From the NCBI GenBank assembly GCA_951406725.2, contig OX597825.1:66650001-66714000 (forward strand): 64,000 nucleotides of DNA, read 5' to 3'. Within the stretch, counting starts at the first letter, position 1; each line of letters begins with the position of its first letter. The position numbers and the translations under genes are program-made. Positions 44,398 through 59,757 of this stretch are shown here, one piece after another. This DNA comes from Octopus vulgaris (Eukaryota). The notes beneath the pieces are model-generated. The model was not told the origin of the DNA. It worked only from the letters and a program-made list of their open reading frames with translations, and did no database searches.

Positions 44398-44561
44398 CAT
44401 ATATACGACGGGCTTCTTTTCAGTTTCCGTCTACCAAATCCACTCACAAGTCTTTGGTCGGCCCGAGGCTATAGTAGAAGACACTTGCCCAAGGTGCCAC
44501 GCAGTGGGACTGGACCGGAACCATGTGGTTGGTAAACAAGCTACTTACCACACAGCCACTC

Positions 44562-44600
<39 letters not shown>

Positions 44601-44674
44601 CATGCATATGCTTATGCATATACATATTCATATACATATACACATACATAAACACATTCATATACATATATATA

Positions 44675-44709
<35 letters not shown>

Positions 44710-47027
44710 ATATGCATATGCATGTATGTATGTATATATATGTATATGAAGCAAAAACGCAATAGAGGACAACATCTGGACAGATAGACGATACAAAGGC
44801 GGAGAGGGAAAATCAACAATTAGAAGGACGGGAAAAATAAGGACGGGTAATTTATGGCCTTCTTTCGTCACTCAAGGTACTAGATGTCCTAACAGCTTCG
44901 ATGTGTATGTATATAAGCATGTCTGTATGTATGGATGTATGTATGTGTGTATGTATGTATGTATGCATGTATGCATGCATGCATGTATGTATGTATGTAT
45001 GTATGTATGTATGTATGTATGTATGTATGTATGTACCGTCAAGGTAATGCGGAGGCACCTTTGTTCTTGCCGAATATATGCTTAATGATTAATTGTTAAG
45101 AGATAGCTGTCTCATTAAGGTAATTAGATTACGTGTTATCAGTTATCAGTTAAATAAGATAGGGAATGCATCCGAATGCTATTTGCACTTCAGTTTATCT
45201 CCACGTCTTTGTGAAACCACACACACATACACACACACGGTTATATGTTGAACAGACAACAAGAAATATATGCAACATCTAGAAAATTATCATACATGCG
45301 AAGATACTTCTCCTTAAAAGAATTCTATGTGAACTATATCATAATGTGCACAGAGAACTGCGAGAATATACAAGAGAGACATACACATTCCTTCTTCATA
45401 CGTTCTGTCAGATTCGAACGTGAACATGCCAATCGCTGCTGTATTTTATCTTCGGAGAATATCTTTATGACGATGCCAGTGTTGACGACATAATAGACTG
45501 ATTGATGAAAGAAAATGTTTGTCTCTTCATTCTAAGATACTTCTGGATCAATGAAACGGAGCAAAAGTCAAGGCTCTTGTTTACAAAATGCATCAAAGAA
45601 ATAAAAATCTATTTGCTGATATGGGCTGACGTCTGCTGAACCGATGAATTAATTGCCATGCACGCGCAGACCAATTACGTACATATTCATTCTTAATATG
45701 TTCCGACATTTGCTAACTGCTGTAATATTTCGTCTTTGAAGAACAACTTTTCCTTTCGGACGATGTGTTAAGGTAAGGAGACTGCGACCTGGTTCAATCA
45801 ATCGATTAAAGCTCCTCCAAGATCGATGAACCTAAGCAAGAATTGATGGTCTTGTTTATAGAACTCAGCCGCAAATTATTTGTTGGTGCGAAAAGTAATA
45901 ATTATGATAATTATTACTTTCACATATAGAGCTCATATCAGAATTAAAGGCCTGCAAGTCATATCTTGCCATTTTGTGTTCACAGCAAATATATAGATTT
46001 CTTCCAGATAAAATCATTATCGATACCACATACATATCGTATGTAGTTTAAACACCAGGGGCTGCAGTTTTTCGTCCTACACAAAAATCACTCTAAAGAC
46101 GTATAGTAATCAAGAACGTCGTATACTTCAAAGCTAGATGAAATAATATCATCCAGAAGTGATGGCGGGAGCGATTGCTACCGTATTTCGCCGTAGTTGC
46201 GGCTTATCAACACCGTATACTCGTGACATTTCTGAACAGAAATCGAAATCGCTAATCTGAAGTATATACAAACGATGTATAAACTATCTACTTGTTTGCA
46301 ATGGCACTGCAATCAGAATGAATTTGAATTATGCCAATAAAGTAACTCTATAATGAGAGCATTGTTAATATCATAATTTTAATGTGTATTATTTAAACAT
46401 CAGAGGAAGGAGTTTGACGTGTAGGAAAAATTCCTTTAAAGACCTAGTGTTAAAAAGCATAATATAGTTCAGATGAAGGCAAAACAAAGTCGCTCCAGAA
46501 ATGACCACGGGTGCAACAGATACCATATTTCGCCGTAGTTGTGGCTTTTTAAAAATAAAAAATTGTCTCGTTATATGAAAAAGCAGAGTTTATGAACCTT
46601 TACATAGCATCTAAGGTAAGTGAGAGAATGGGAATTAGATATTTTCAGATCGAAAACTTTGTCCAAATTCATGCAACATTAGGAACTCTACAAAAAGTTC
46701 TCAGGGTGCTAGGTAATGGCATTAAACTGGGTGATGTGTTATGGCTAACGCCCAAATAGGCCATGGAGATTTGAGCTCAGAATTCAAAAGCCCGAAGAAG
46801 TACTGGAAGGCATCCAGTCCAACGTTTTTATACTGCTACTGTTCCGCTGCATCTAAACTGGATCTTTTATTTACCCCGAAATTATGAACAATAAAGTTGA
46901 CTACGATGAGGTTTGAACTCAGAAAGTAATGAGTCGAAATAAATACTGTGAAGTCTTTCGTCCAACGTTCTAGCGTCTTCGTCAATCCGCCGCGATTGCA
47001 TGTATATGAAAGTTCGTTCCTTCATTT

Positions 47028-47083
<56 letters not shown>

Positions 47084-47319
47084 CTATTCATTTTCTAGTA
47101 TATTATTAAGATCACACACACATATACATACATATATAAATAAAATACACACACACACACACATAGCATTTCAGTTACGCGCAAATACGCACACCTACAA
47201 CTACACACATGATTTCATATACCAGACGCCTACATCAGAGCAGTTCCCACGTACATAAAATCGCACAAATACATACATGCATATACATATATATATGTAT
47301 ATATGTATTTACACGTACC

Positions 47320-48040
47320 ACCACCACCAACGACAGCAACAACAACTCCTACTGCTATTGCATCAACAACATTACCGACATAATAACCTCACCATCACCA
47401 CCACCACCACCATCACGATTATCACCTACACTGCATAACACCGCCATCACACCTCTTCTCTGTCACAACCATTACACAATTTCATTACTACTGCAATTCC
47501 TCCTCCTCCTCCTCCTCCTCCTCCTCCTCCTCCTACTACTACTACTACATTCATAACCACTATCATCCAACACGAGTACCAGCACCTGCTCTGGTGTAAT
47601 CATAATAGTCCTCGCTTCCAAACCACGCATCAGCACCACCACCACCACCACCACCACAACAACAACAACAACCACTGCCACCACAACTACAACCACCGCC
47701 GACACCCCCACTTCCATCGCCTCGCCGCCACCGCCACCACCACCACCACCACCACCACCGTCATCACCACTGCCACCACAACCACCGTCGTCGCCACCAC
47801 TTCCATCGCCTCCTCTCCACTGCCGCCATCACCACAACCACAACTACCACCACCACCACCACCACCACCACCACCACCACCACCACCACCACCACCACCA
47901 CCACCACCACCACCACCACCACCACCCACTGCCACTACAACCACCGCCGCTACCACCACCTCCATCGCCACCGCCGCCACAACCACCACCACCACCACCA
48001 CCACCACCACCACCACCACCGCCACCGCCGCCAACTACCT
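47320..48040. repeat. (CCA)n-rich low-complexity tract
   Basis: Direct inspection. Confidence 0.9.
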
Positions 48041-48629
48041 CCGTTCTACAAAGGGATCGATCAAACTAAAGCGGAATATCAGTGATTACAGAGAAACAAT
48101 GTACAATTTAATTCATTGGACGCTGTTACCGTTAAGAAAAGCGCTAAGCTTCACTCAGCGATATTTTGTGGGCGTAGTTAGATGTCTTTATGTATGTGTG
48201 TGTGTGATAACCCAGCCTACTGCTTTGATACGCTACAGCATATCACATCATCAAAGTATATCGCATAGCTTTATAGTTATATGGTTATACAACCACGCTT
48301 CGTCCCTTCACCTTATCTATTACGTGGCTTTATGGTCTATCTGCGTGCCGCTTGCATTACATGCATATACGTATATGTTTCTTTGTGTGTGTTGGGGTGC
48401 GTGTAGGCGTATACATTGGATGTGTGGCTTTGAAATCTAGTGGTCTCGGGTTCGGTCCCACTAAATGGTACCTTGGGCAAGTGAATAATAAAACGGCTGT
48501 TTAATTTGATGGACAGAAAACGCGGAAGCAAGTCGTATTTATATAAACATGCACGCGTGTGATTGTGTATTACACACACACACACACACACACACATACA
48601 AACATACATACATATATATGTATGTATGC

Positions 48630-48662
<33 letters not shown>

Positions 48663-48879
48663 TATATGTATGTATGCAAACAAGGGAGTCAGAGAAAGGC
48701 AGAATGCTACTTATATCTGAACACTACTACAGAAATATTCTTTTAAAAAAACTTTTCTTCTAATTTTTCTAAATTTAATTATTTAATCGTTACAGTTGAA
48801 AAGGTCTCAAAATGACCGAAACCGGTACTGAAAGATTCACTATAAAATCATCTTAGCATTTTCTATTTTTGACTTGTTT

Positions 48880-48941
<62 letters not shown>

Positions 48942-49005
48942 AAATTTTATAAATATACTATATATAATGACTGACACAAACGAAGCATATTTTAGGTATA
49001 AAATC

Positions 49006-49106
<101 letters not shown>

Positions 49107-49344
49107 CGTCGTCTCGTCGTTTAACGTCCATCTTCCATGCTAAGATGGGTGGGACGGTTTCACAAGAGCCAGGTCAGGCCAAAGCCTGCACCAGACTTTT
49201 GTGACTCTTTTGGTAGGATTTTTACAGCTGGATGCCTTTCCTAACACCAACCATTCAGTAGAGCTATGAAAAATTAAAGGAGAAAATTTGTGACAGTATT
49301 TATGGCCACACTACACACTAGGTACACACACACATACACACACG

Positions 49345-49380
<36 letters not shown>

Positions 49381-49501
49381 CATATGTATACATATATACA
49401 TATGTATGTATATATATATACATGCACACATACATATATATACATACATATATATACATATATATATATATACATATATACATACATATACCTACATATA
49501 T

Positions 49502-49532
<31 letters not shown>

Positions 49533-50926
49533 AATATAGATATATATGTATAAATATGTATATATATATGTATATATATGTATATATATATGTATGTATA
49601 TATGTATATATATATGTATATATATACATATGTATGTGTATATATATATATACATATATATATAAGCAACATATCAAGAGGTGATGCAGTACGACCGTTT
49701 CAAGCGACTCCATTTAATTGAACAATGCAATCATATTTGCATGTGTGCACATAGTTATATATGTGCATGTATCTGAGCACAACTTATTTTTCCGATTTTT
49801 TTCTGCTTCTTTGCTTACAATTGATTTAAAGATAGCATGATTTATCGCTCCAGTATTCCATAAATAAATACCCAGAGTAATCTTTATAGAAATCACATTG
49901 TAAGTAAATATATAAGTACAGGAATGAATATTAAACTAATTCTATGTAATCTTCCATTTCTAATGTTGAAAATTGGTATATATACAGTTTATCTACTCTA
50001 GTTATAATATCATTTTTAATAATCTTAAATTTTATCTTCATACAACATAATATTGTTTATATACAATCATCCATTGTACTCCATGATAATCATAAGTTTT
50101 TTAGCGTCTTGCCCCTTTAACTGGTAATTAACATCTTGATTTAGAGTCTTCCCCTACCCAGCCTCCTTTATAGGCAATTACTTATACATTTCCGAAAATC
50201 CTGACAAGATTTATGACCATACCCAACTATAAACGGTTAACTCAGTCTGTCTATCCATTCTAAACAGATACTTTCCTCTAGCCTTAGATTTTGTAATTGA
50301 TAAAAAAAGACTAATAAATTAGAACTGAACCACAATCCTTTACAAGCTATGATCCTAACAAACTTCATACAGTTCTTAGAAGCATAGTATACTTTGAGCT
50401 ACATTAGTAGCAAAATGGAATTTTCCCCTCTTCTTGTTCTATTAGAGAATTTAAGTAAAATTATACTAATGTGTCCAACTGATTAAAAATTCTATTCATT
50501 TATGCATTTGAATTGATGTAATGATTGCATTGTTCAATTAAGTAGAGCGGCTTGAAACGGTCGTATTGCATCTCCTCTTGATATCCTGTTGCTTATTTTG
50601 ATTTTATTCTCTCGTCGGAGCGCTACGTTATGGAGACGTAAATCAGCCAGCACCAGTTTGAAGCGATAATTCGGGAGAAATACAAGCACAAAATCACGCA
50701 GACGGTCATAAACGTCCCCCCCCACACATTATGGGACTGTTTCTATATTAACGGAGGTAAAATATGCAGAGTGAAACCACTTGGCCCAGACTGGCCTTGA
50801 ACTTTGACGAGCATGCATACTAAGTTGTAAGGTTCTCGCTCCCTTCCGTTGTTTCTAGCAGTGCACCGATGTAGTATGTGTAGAGTTTGGTTGTCTCATC
50901 ATATCACACAGGTTCCATCAGAAACC

Positions 50927-51800
50927 ATGGCAGAGAATACTGAGCAGAGAATCTGCTTCAAATTTTGCCAAAAGCTTGGTAATACATGCGCAGAGACCTA
51001 CTCAAATCTGCTGAAAGTGTATGGAGAGGATTGTATGAGTCGGACATGAGTAGACGAGTGGTTTAAACGTTTCCAAGATGGCCAACAAAATATCGAGAGC
51101 GATGCACTTTCTGGGAGACCTGCAACAAGCAGGACTGATGAAAACATCGCAGATGTGCTTGTAGCTGTATAGAAAGACAGTCAAATCACCGTATGTGGGT
51201 GGTCGGAGGATGTGAATATTAGTTACTGACCAGTTCAGACCATTCTCACAGAAGATTTGGATATGGAACGTGTGTCTTTCAAATTTGTGCCAAAACTAAG
51301 ATAAAGGTAAAGATACCTTCTCGAGTCATAGCGATTCATAAGGGCTGGATTCCAAGTTTCATGGAATATATATTCTCCACCTGGACGGGACGCTGATGAG
51401 TCATAGGGTTACTCATTTTTGTCAGCCGGGTGTACTGGAGCAATGTGAAATTAAATGTTTTGCTCAAGAACACAATGCGTCGCCCGGTCCAGGAATCGAA
51501 ACCATAATGTTATGATCATGAGTCCAACACTCAAACCACTAAGCCACACGTCTCCACTATGTGCCAAACCTGGCTTTAGCTGACCAAATGGATCGGGTTT
51601 CACCAGCCTAAGGTCTTCTTGATTGTGTCGAGGAAGACGAAAGCTTTTTGAAAACGGTCATAACAGGTGAAGAATAGTGTTTATGGCTGTGACTCCGAAA
51701 TCAAGGATCAGTCTTCGTAATGGAAGGACCCCCAATCTTTCCGAGAATGCAGAAAGCATGAATAAGTCGAAGCAATATAAAGACACTGTTCAGAGCATTC
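50927..51800 (+). mobile_element. Decayed mariner transposase, N-terminal part
   Basis: MAENTEQRICFKFCQKLGNTCAETYSNLLKVYGEDCMSRT*VDEWFKRFQDG...SGRP...KFVPK...ITGEE. Confidence 0.88.
51295..51559 (-). mobile_element. tRNA-derived SINE nested in the mariner
   Basis: A and B boxes on - strand; 9-bp TSD tgtgccaaa at 51286-51294 and 51560-51568. Confidence 0.75.
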
Positions 51801-52509
51801 TTTGACTACAGAAGCATTGTGATGATGATGATGACTTCCTAAAAACACTATATCCCCGCTGAAATCCGATAAACATACAAAAAGAGCATATACACACAAG
51901 CAATCAACAGCGACGTCGACGACGACGATGGATAGTCATGACAGATGATGGAGTAGGATGATGATGACGACGACAGACACAATAACAATGACGATGGATG
52001 ATGACGACGAAAACGACGGATAATGATGTCGGATAATGAAAGTGTGTGATGATGACGATGATGATGATGACGACGGCGGCCATAATGACAATGACGACAG
52101 ATGTTGACGAGGACGACGACGACGACCACCACCACCACCGCTACCATAATCACCGCCACCGCCGCCACCGCCGCCACCACCACCACCGAAACCACGACGA
52201 CGGATGATGAAGCTGGATGATGATAACGATGATGGTGATGATGAAGCCGACAGACACGATGATAATGGATGATGACGACGAAGACGACGGATAATGATGT
52301 CAGATAATGAAAGTGTGTGATGACGACGATGACGATGATGATAACGATGATGATGATGATGATGATGATGATAACAGTGCCGGTGATAGCGGCGGGAAAG
52401 GCTGAAACTACGATTTAAAGAGCAAAAAGTTACTATTTCCGAACTTTCAAATGAAAACCAATTTTAGTTTTCGTTCGTTTTATTTGTTTTTCTATTCTGT
52501 TTATTTGTC

Positions 52510-52548
<39 letters not shown>

Positions 52549-52569
52549 CCATCACCATTATTATTATTT

Positions 52570-52654
<85 letters not shown>

Positions 52655-52662
52655 CATTATTA

Positions 52663-52711
<49 letters not shown>

Positions 52712-52737
52712 CATCATCATCATCATCATCATTATTA

Positions 52738-52777
<40 letters not shown>

Positions 52778-53145
52778 AATGTTTTATTTTTATTTATACG
52801 TTTCAAATACAAAAATCAAACCGAGGTAGAAAGTTTTGTGAAAAATTAAATGGCCTTTAAGATATTGAAATGTAATTTCACAATATTTTCTTTCTATTTC
52901 AATTGACTAATTGACATCGCAATTTTTGAAATACTTAAATGATTTTAAAATCACAGAAATGAAATTAAATTTCAGAAAAGGGTAACAGAATAAAAAACAA
53001 AAAACAAAAAAAAAATGTTTAATCAAATAATCAAATAAATTTTGTCTGTATGTATTGCAGCTATGTATGTACACACACAGACACAGAGACACACAAACAC
53101 ATACATACATACGTATATATATATATGTATATATATATGTATATA

Positions 53146-53195
<50 letters not shown>

Positions 53196-53262
53196 ATATA
53201 TGTATATATATATGTATATATGTATATATATATGTATATATATATGTATATATATAAATGTA

Positions 53263-53301
<39 letters not shown>

Positions 53302-53303
53302 GT

Positions 53304-53334
<31 letters not shown>

Positions 53335-54149
53335 TACACATGCAAACATACGTGCATACACACATGCATGGACATACATACACACACATATACACATAAG
53401 TATATACATAATTAAGCTTTTGGGAGTTTTAAGCAAGTACATATGCTTAAGGGCTACACACCACACATAGGCGCACTCATACACACACACACACACACTC
53501 TATCAGTCTCTCTCTCTCTCACAAAACCCCTCTCTCTTTCTCATACACACACACTCTCTCTCCCTCCCTCGCTCACACACATGCATTTACATATACACGG
53601 GTCGTGTTCAATTTCATTGCGTGAGGAAATGTCAGCGTTTTACAATTAAAGTTTTTTGTCTGTCTATTACATATATCATGTATATGAATGCATGCATATG
53701 TTTATGCATGCGTGTGTATATGTGAACATGTGAATGTATATGCAAGTGTGTGTATGTGTGTGTGTGTCTGTGAATGTGTGAATGTAAGAAAGCATGAGTG
53801 TGCTTGTAGATACGCGTTTTGAAAGTATATACGTGGATTTTAAACATCAAATATTTCATGTATGTGACCGACTGCTTATCTTGCAATACTGAGTTCAGAA
53901 TAATTGCATATGTTATTTACAGAGATGCATACTTACATATACACATCCAGGCATACATCACACACACGCACGCGCACACATATACACGCCAATATATATA
54001 TATATGTATATACACATACATACATACATACACATAAATATATATATTTATACACACAGATAGATATAAGTAGATAGATAGATATACATATATATTAACT
54101 TAAACACACATCAGTGACACCCCGACGCTCACTCATACATACATACCTA

Positions 54150-54575
54150 GGGGCAGATGGGCAAAGGTATGTCCCATCATAAAGGTTAGCTGCCCCTGCA
54201 TATATAAATATCTCTTTGAAAATCAAAGCAAAAAAGATATCTATGGATAACTGCTTCGAAAGCTTCAGTTTCTATATCCAGACTATGAATTCATATTCAT
54301 ACCAATAATTATTGGAACACTAGGTTTTGTTCGTAAATGCTTAAAAGAGAATCTGGATAAACTGGGATTTTCAGAAAAAGAAATTGATCGACTGATTAGT
54401 ACATTACAAGTTCAATCTGTGAGTGGAACAGTAAAAATATGCAAGACTTTTCTTATGTTCCAAATGTGAATTTTGTCTGTTAACTACTTCCCAAAGATGG
54501 AGCCTTGTATCTTTGTTGGAAACTGGCTCCCTCCTCAGTGAAAGATTTATAATGATTAAAAAATAGAAGAGACAT
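54150..54575 (+). mobile_element. 3' end of a restriction-like-endonuclease (R2/R4/CRE-group) LINE in a (CATA)n tract
   Basis: ...KKDIYG*LLRKLQFLYPDYEFIFIPIIIGTLGFVRKCLKENLDKLGF...QSVSGTVKICKTFL; flanked by (CATA)n. Confidence 0.7.
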
Positions 54576-54602
54576 GCATACATACATACATACATACATA
54601 CA

Positions 54603-54636
<34 letters not shown>

Positions 54637-54654
54637 CATACATACATACATATA

Positions 54655-54686
<32 letters not shown>

Positions 54687-55271
54687 GACACGTACGCATT
54701 TTCATACATGCATGCATACATAAGCTGTAATACGAAGCAGTGGTAGGAAATAAGCAAACTTTAAATTAGTTCACATATGATTGCGATGCGTTTTAATTTC
54801 TAAATGAAATTTCACTGCATTTTACTGTGGAAAAATAATTCTCACTTACATTAAATGTATAAATATGGAATTAACAAGCTCGGTTGTGCCCTCTGCCTGG
54901 CCTCTAGATGCATTTCCGGCTCGTTATAACTTCCTCAGTAGATGATAACAAAGAGAGATAATCCTGAGCTGATTAGAAAGTAGCAGCTTTATAATGTAAC
55001 GGTCAACACACGAGCTCTCTAGGTTCTGGCTTGTCGACGAATATGCCGTGCGTTTCATCTTCTGGTCGTTAGAGGTTGAAGTAGGGTATATACTCCGATT
55101 TTGTGAAACCCTCTCCACTAACAACTACCCTAAACAATCTCATGGATTGGAGGGTTGTTGTTGGAGGGTTGTTGCTTGAGAGGTGCAAAGGTGTCATCCG
55201 CCAGGATTAGGGTGTTACCATCAAATGGTGGGTGCAGCGACGCACTGACACAGAACAACACCACACCACCC

Positions 55272-55370
<99 letters not shown>

Positions 55371-56027
55371 AATAATTGGTATTTAGATTTGATTAACAAT
55401 TGGTATTTAGATTTGAAAATATTGAATATTTCTAGGAATAAATTTCCACGTCTAAACACCAGTGATTAAATTATAAACAGAAAATAGCCCGGAAATGTGC
55501 GCTCCCTCACAGAAAGGAAAAACAAAACCACTCAAATATTTCCCGAGTAAAGATTTTTAATTTAAGTATCACGTAGATTGGAGAGGAAAAGTTTACATGC
55601 CCAATATTAGTGCAGTATCTCACCTGCCTATATCCTATTCGCATTTCTTTTCAACTAGTTAGTATTCTTCGTATGGAATACTTTATTTTATATCTAGAAG
55701 GGTGTTATCTACGTGTAGATTTAGGGTTGATTTGTATAGCTAAAACTCCTGATTTCACGACAGGTAAAAGTATTCTACCATATTGTATACAATGATCTGG
55801 CTTTATGAGTAAATTCTGCATATCTTATATTTCTAAATTATATTTTAACTTAGGACTGTTAACTGTATAAATATTTCACTGACATTTGTACCTGTTTAAT
55901 TCGCTTGAGGCTGGTGGATGAAATATACTCTGGCCTAGTTTATTACCAAGCAAACAAGATTCGAAATTCAAAGCTTAGGGTCATCCTAGGGTCAATCTGA
56001 TAACAGATTTTATAACCATATCAAGTG

Positions 56028-56395
56028 TCAAACGTTAGCGCGCCGGGTGAAATGCCTAGCGGTATTTCGTCTGCCGTTACGTTCTGAGGTCAAATTCCGC
56101 CAAAGTCGACTTTGCCTTTCATCCTTTCGGGGTCGATTAAATAAGTACCAGTTACGCACTGGGGTCGATATAATCGACTTAATCCGTTTGTCTGTCCTTC
56201 TTTGTCCTCTCTGTGTTTAGTCCCAGTGTTTCACTGGTAATTAATTTATCGACCCCGAAAGGATGAAAGGCAAAGTTGACCTCGGCGGAATTTGAACTCA
56301 GAACGTAGCGGCAGACGAAATACCTATTTCTTTATTACCCACAAGGAGCTAAACACAGAGGGGACAAACAATGACAGACATAGGTATTAAGTCGA
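56028..56395. mobile_element. SINE family A fold-back (forward copy fused to an inverted dimer fragment)
   Basis: + copy to about 56221, then a - copy containing the same tail-to-body junction seen in the trimer. Confidence 0.8.
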
Positions 56396-56905
56396 TGGAC
56401 CAAAATGAAGCATTGAAAACCTTCCCTAAACTCGAGCTTTTCAAAAAGGTTATGGTGAGTGTTTGATGGGTTACTGCTAATCTCATCCACAATAACTTCT
56501 TAAAACCTGGAAAAACCAATACTGCAGAAACATATTGCCATGAAATTGCCAAAATGAACGAAAAACTGCTATTCGTCCGTCCCAGACTTGTCAACAGAAG
56601 AGGGTCACTCATTCTTCATGACGATGTTCGACCACACGTTTCACTTATGACGCTCCAAAAGTTGAAGGAACTTGGCTACGAAGTTCTTCCCGACCCAACT
56701 TATTCCCTAGACCTTTTTTCTACCGACTACCACTTTTTCAAGCACCTTGGTGGTTTCCTGCGAGAGAAGGAGTTAAAAAAATCAAACCGATGCTGAAAGT
56801 GCGTTCAGAGAGTTGATCAGTTCCAGAACTCCAGATTTTTACGTTACCGGAATTAACAAATTTGTATCTTGTTGGCAAAAACGTGTTGATTGCTATGGTA
56901 CTTTC
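56396..56905 (+). mobile_element. Mariner transposase catalytic-domain remnant
   Basis: RPRLVNRRGSLILHDDVRPHVS...LKELGYEVLPDPTYSLDLFSTDYHFF. Confidence 0.88.
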
Positions 56906-57054
56906 AAAACGTCGCTCACTCTTTGCTCAGCCTGTATCTATCTTTATGTGTGCGTTTGGCCTAATGGATAAGGTGTCAGCCTCCACAGCCGAAGACTGTT
57001 GGTTCAGTTCGTATCAGGGGTGATATTGAAAAGTACACTGTGACATAGTTTTTT

Positions 57055-57339
57055 TTTCATCAACAAGCCCTGCCCTGTTTAAACATTGTCCCGAAAGGGA
57101 TCGAACAGGAAAAGGATCCCATCATCTTTAAACAGAATCTGGACAGATTTCTTTGAGGAATACCGGATAAGCCACCCATACGTGGATACAACTCACTCAG
57201 CAACAACACACTAATTGAATGGACCATAAACAAAACTTGACTTAAACAGGATTTAGATAATCCTATTAGGTAGTGCTATTAAGTTAGACATGGCCTGGAC
57301 CAATCTTTGGTCGAAACATATCTAAGTTTATCTAAGTTT
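57055..57339 (+). mobile_element. CR1-like LINE 3' end
   Basis: FKQNLDRFL*GIPDKP followed by a 3' UTR and a (tctaagttta)-type tail. Confidence 0.65.
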
Positions 57340-57513
57340 GTGTGTATATATATATATATATCAAGATTAATCAGCCGAAATTGCTGCGATGATCCGGCTC
57401 TTGACTGAAGATTGAGGGCTTCGATTGAAGATTGAGGGCTCCCGTCCGTGTTTTTTGTATCGTCTTCTAAGTGTTTTGCGTTCTTAGCCCAGTTTGTATT
57501 TTTCTACATATAA

Positions 57514-57563
<50 letters not shown>

Positions 57564-58351
57564 GCATAAATTGCTATAAAAAATCTACTTTTTGCCAAGT
57601 GTTAGGATAAATTAATATGAACTTGGAAAAATAAAGAGATATAAGAAAAACATCCACAAGGTGTTGGTCTTTCTGGCTGTCGTGGTACTGGTACTAATGG
57701 TGGCGTGTTGATGATGATGATGATGTCGACGATGATGGTGGTGGTGATGTTGGTGATGTTTGTGGTTTTTGGTAGTGCTAATGATAACGATGGCAATGAT
57801 AATATTCATTATCCCGTTCTTCTTTCGTATATTTACATATACCATCTCCTGCTCCACACCCCCAGCTCCGCCTCCCACCCGCTCCACCTCCCACTACCTC
57901 CTCCACGGTCCCCCATCCCTCCTCATTATTATTATCAGCAACTACTCCTCCTCCATCCCCATATCTTGTGTTCGAATAACGCTTGTGGCGCCACCAGCAT
58001 TCTCCACCACTACCACCATCACGACGACGACCACTAGCACCAGCACCACCATCGTCATCACCACCAACACCACCATCACCACCACCACCACCACCACCAC
58101 CCCTAATAATGTCTAATTGGTATTTAAATATAAATATTTCTAAATATCAATTTGTAATTTAAATCAAGCAGACAGCTTTCCTACCCCGCGTATGAGGCCC
58201 CCACAACATCACCTTCAACTCCACCCAAAGTTCAATAGACGAAAATTATGATTTTGTTTTTGTTTTGGTAGTTAACATTAATTTAAAGTTCTTTTAGTTC
58301 TATTTTCATTAACGAACGAAGAAATTGCAAAACGCTAATGAGAAAGTATTT

Positions 58352-58378
58352 CATCATCATCATCATCACCATCATCAC

Positions 58379-58437
<59 letters not shown>

Positions 58438-58474
58438 CCATCATCATCATCAGCATCATCATCATCACCATCAC

Positions 58475-58536
<62 letters not shown>

Positions 58537-58589
58537 CCATCATCATCATCAGCATCATCATCATCATCATCACCATCATCACCATCATC

Positions 58590-58620
<31 letters not shown>

Positions 58621-58630
58621 CCATCATCAC

Positions 58631-58672
<42 letters not shown>

Positions 58673-58700
58673 CCACCACCACCACCACCACCATCACCAA
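58352..58700. repeat. (CAT)n microsatellite
   Basis: Direct inspection; a similar (CAT)/(TAT) tract lies at 52511-52776. Confidence 0.95.
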
Positions 58701-59430
58701 CACGATAAACAATCCCTCTTTTATGATAAGAGGTATAAAAAATACCATATGTACCTAGTGGTACCTTCTGTCGGATTCCCCAGACGCAACGTTTCTGGTA
58801 TTTTTACACCTTTTACCATAAAAGAGAATTTTTTTATTTCTCCATGGCAACTTAGAAGTTGAAATATGTCTCAAACATATTTTAACTAACCTTAAATTTG
58901 CTTATGCCTAAACACCGCTTGGCGCTGGTGCTGCTGGATTTATCCCGACCGAGCGGTCCTGTAGCGAAAGTCAGTCAATGTTGCTGAATTAGTTTTGCTT
59001 AAACCTACGACTTTAAATCTGTCCAGAGAGTTACATCTGGTTATGTGGTAAGAAGTTTGCTTCCCAACTGCATGGTTCCAGGTTCAGTCCCGTTGCGTGG
59101 AGGCGTCCAAAACTTTGTGGATGGATAGGGTAGACGGAAACTGAAAGAAGCCCGATATATATAAATATACACTACATGTATCGTTGGGTTTGTTGCCCAC
59201 CATCTCTTGAAACCGGTGTTGGTGTGTCTAGGTCCCCGTAGCTTAGCGGTTCGGCAAAAATCACGTATGCATGCATGCATGCATGTATATATGTGTGTAT
59301 GTATATATGTATGTATGTGTGTATGTATCAGGCCTTAAGAAAAAATAAGCACTAAAAATTCTTGAAGACAGTGCCCCAGCATGGCCGCGGTCTAACGAGT
59401 GAAACAAAGTATATATATATATATATTCAT

Positions 59431-59485
<55 letters not shown>

Positions 59486-59543
59486 CATATAAAAATATAT
59501 ATACATACATACACAGACACAGACACACACACAGACACACACA

Positions 59544-59591
<48 letters not shown>

Positions 59592-59665
59592 CATATACAA
59601 ATACATATACATACATACACAGACACAGACACACACACAGACACAGACACACACATACACACACA

Positions 59666-59752
<87 letters not shown>

Positions 59753-59757
<5 letters not shown>

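Noticed and set aside
51388-51420. CTGATGAG hammerhead-like core in a SINE
   Set aside because: No downstream GAAA or closing stems.
57361-57445. GAAA and CTGAAGA motifs with a short tandem duplication
   Set aside because: Order and pairing do not give a hammerhead fold.
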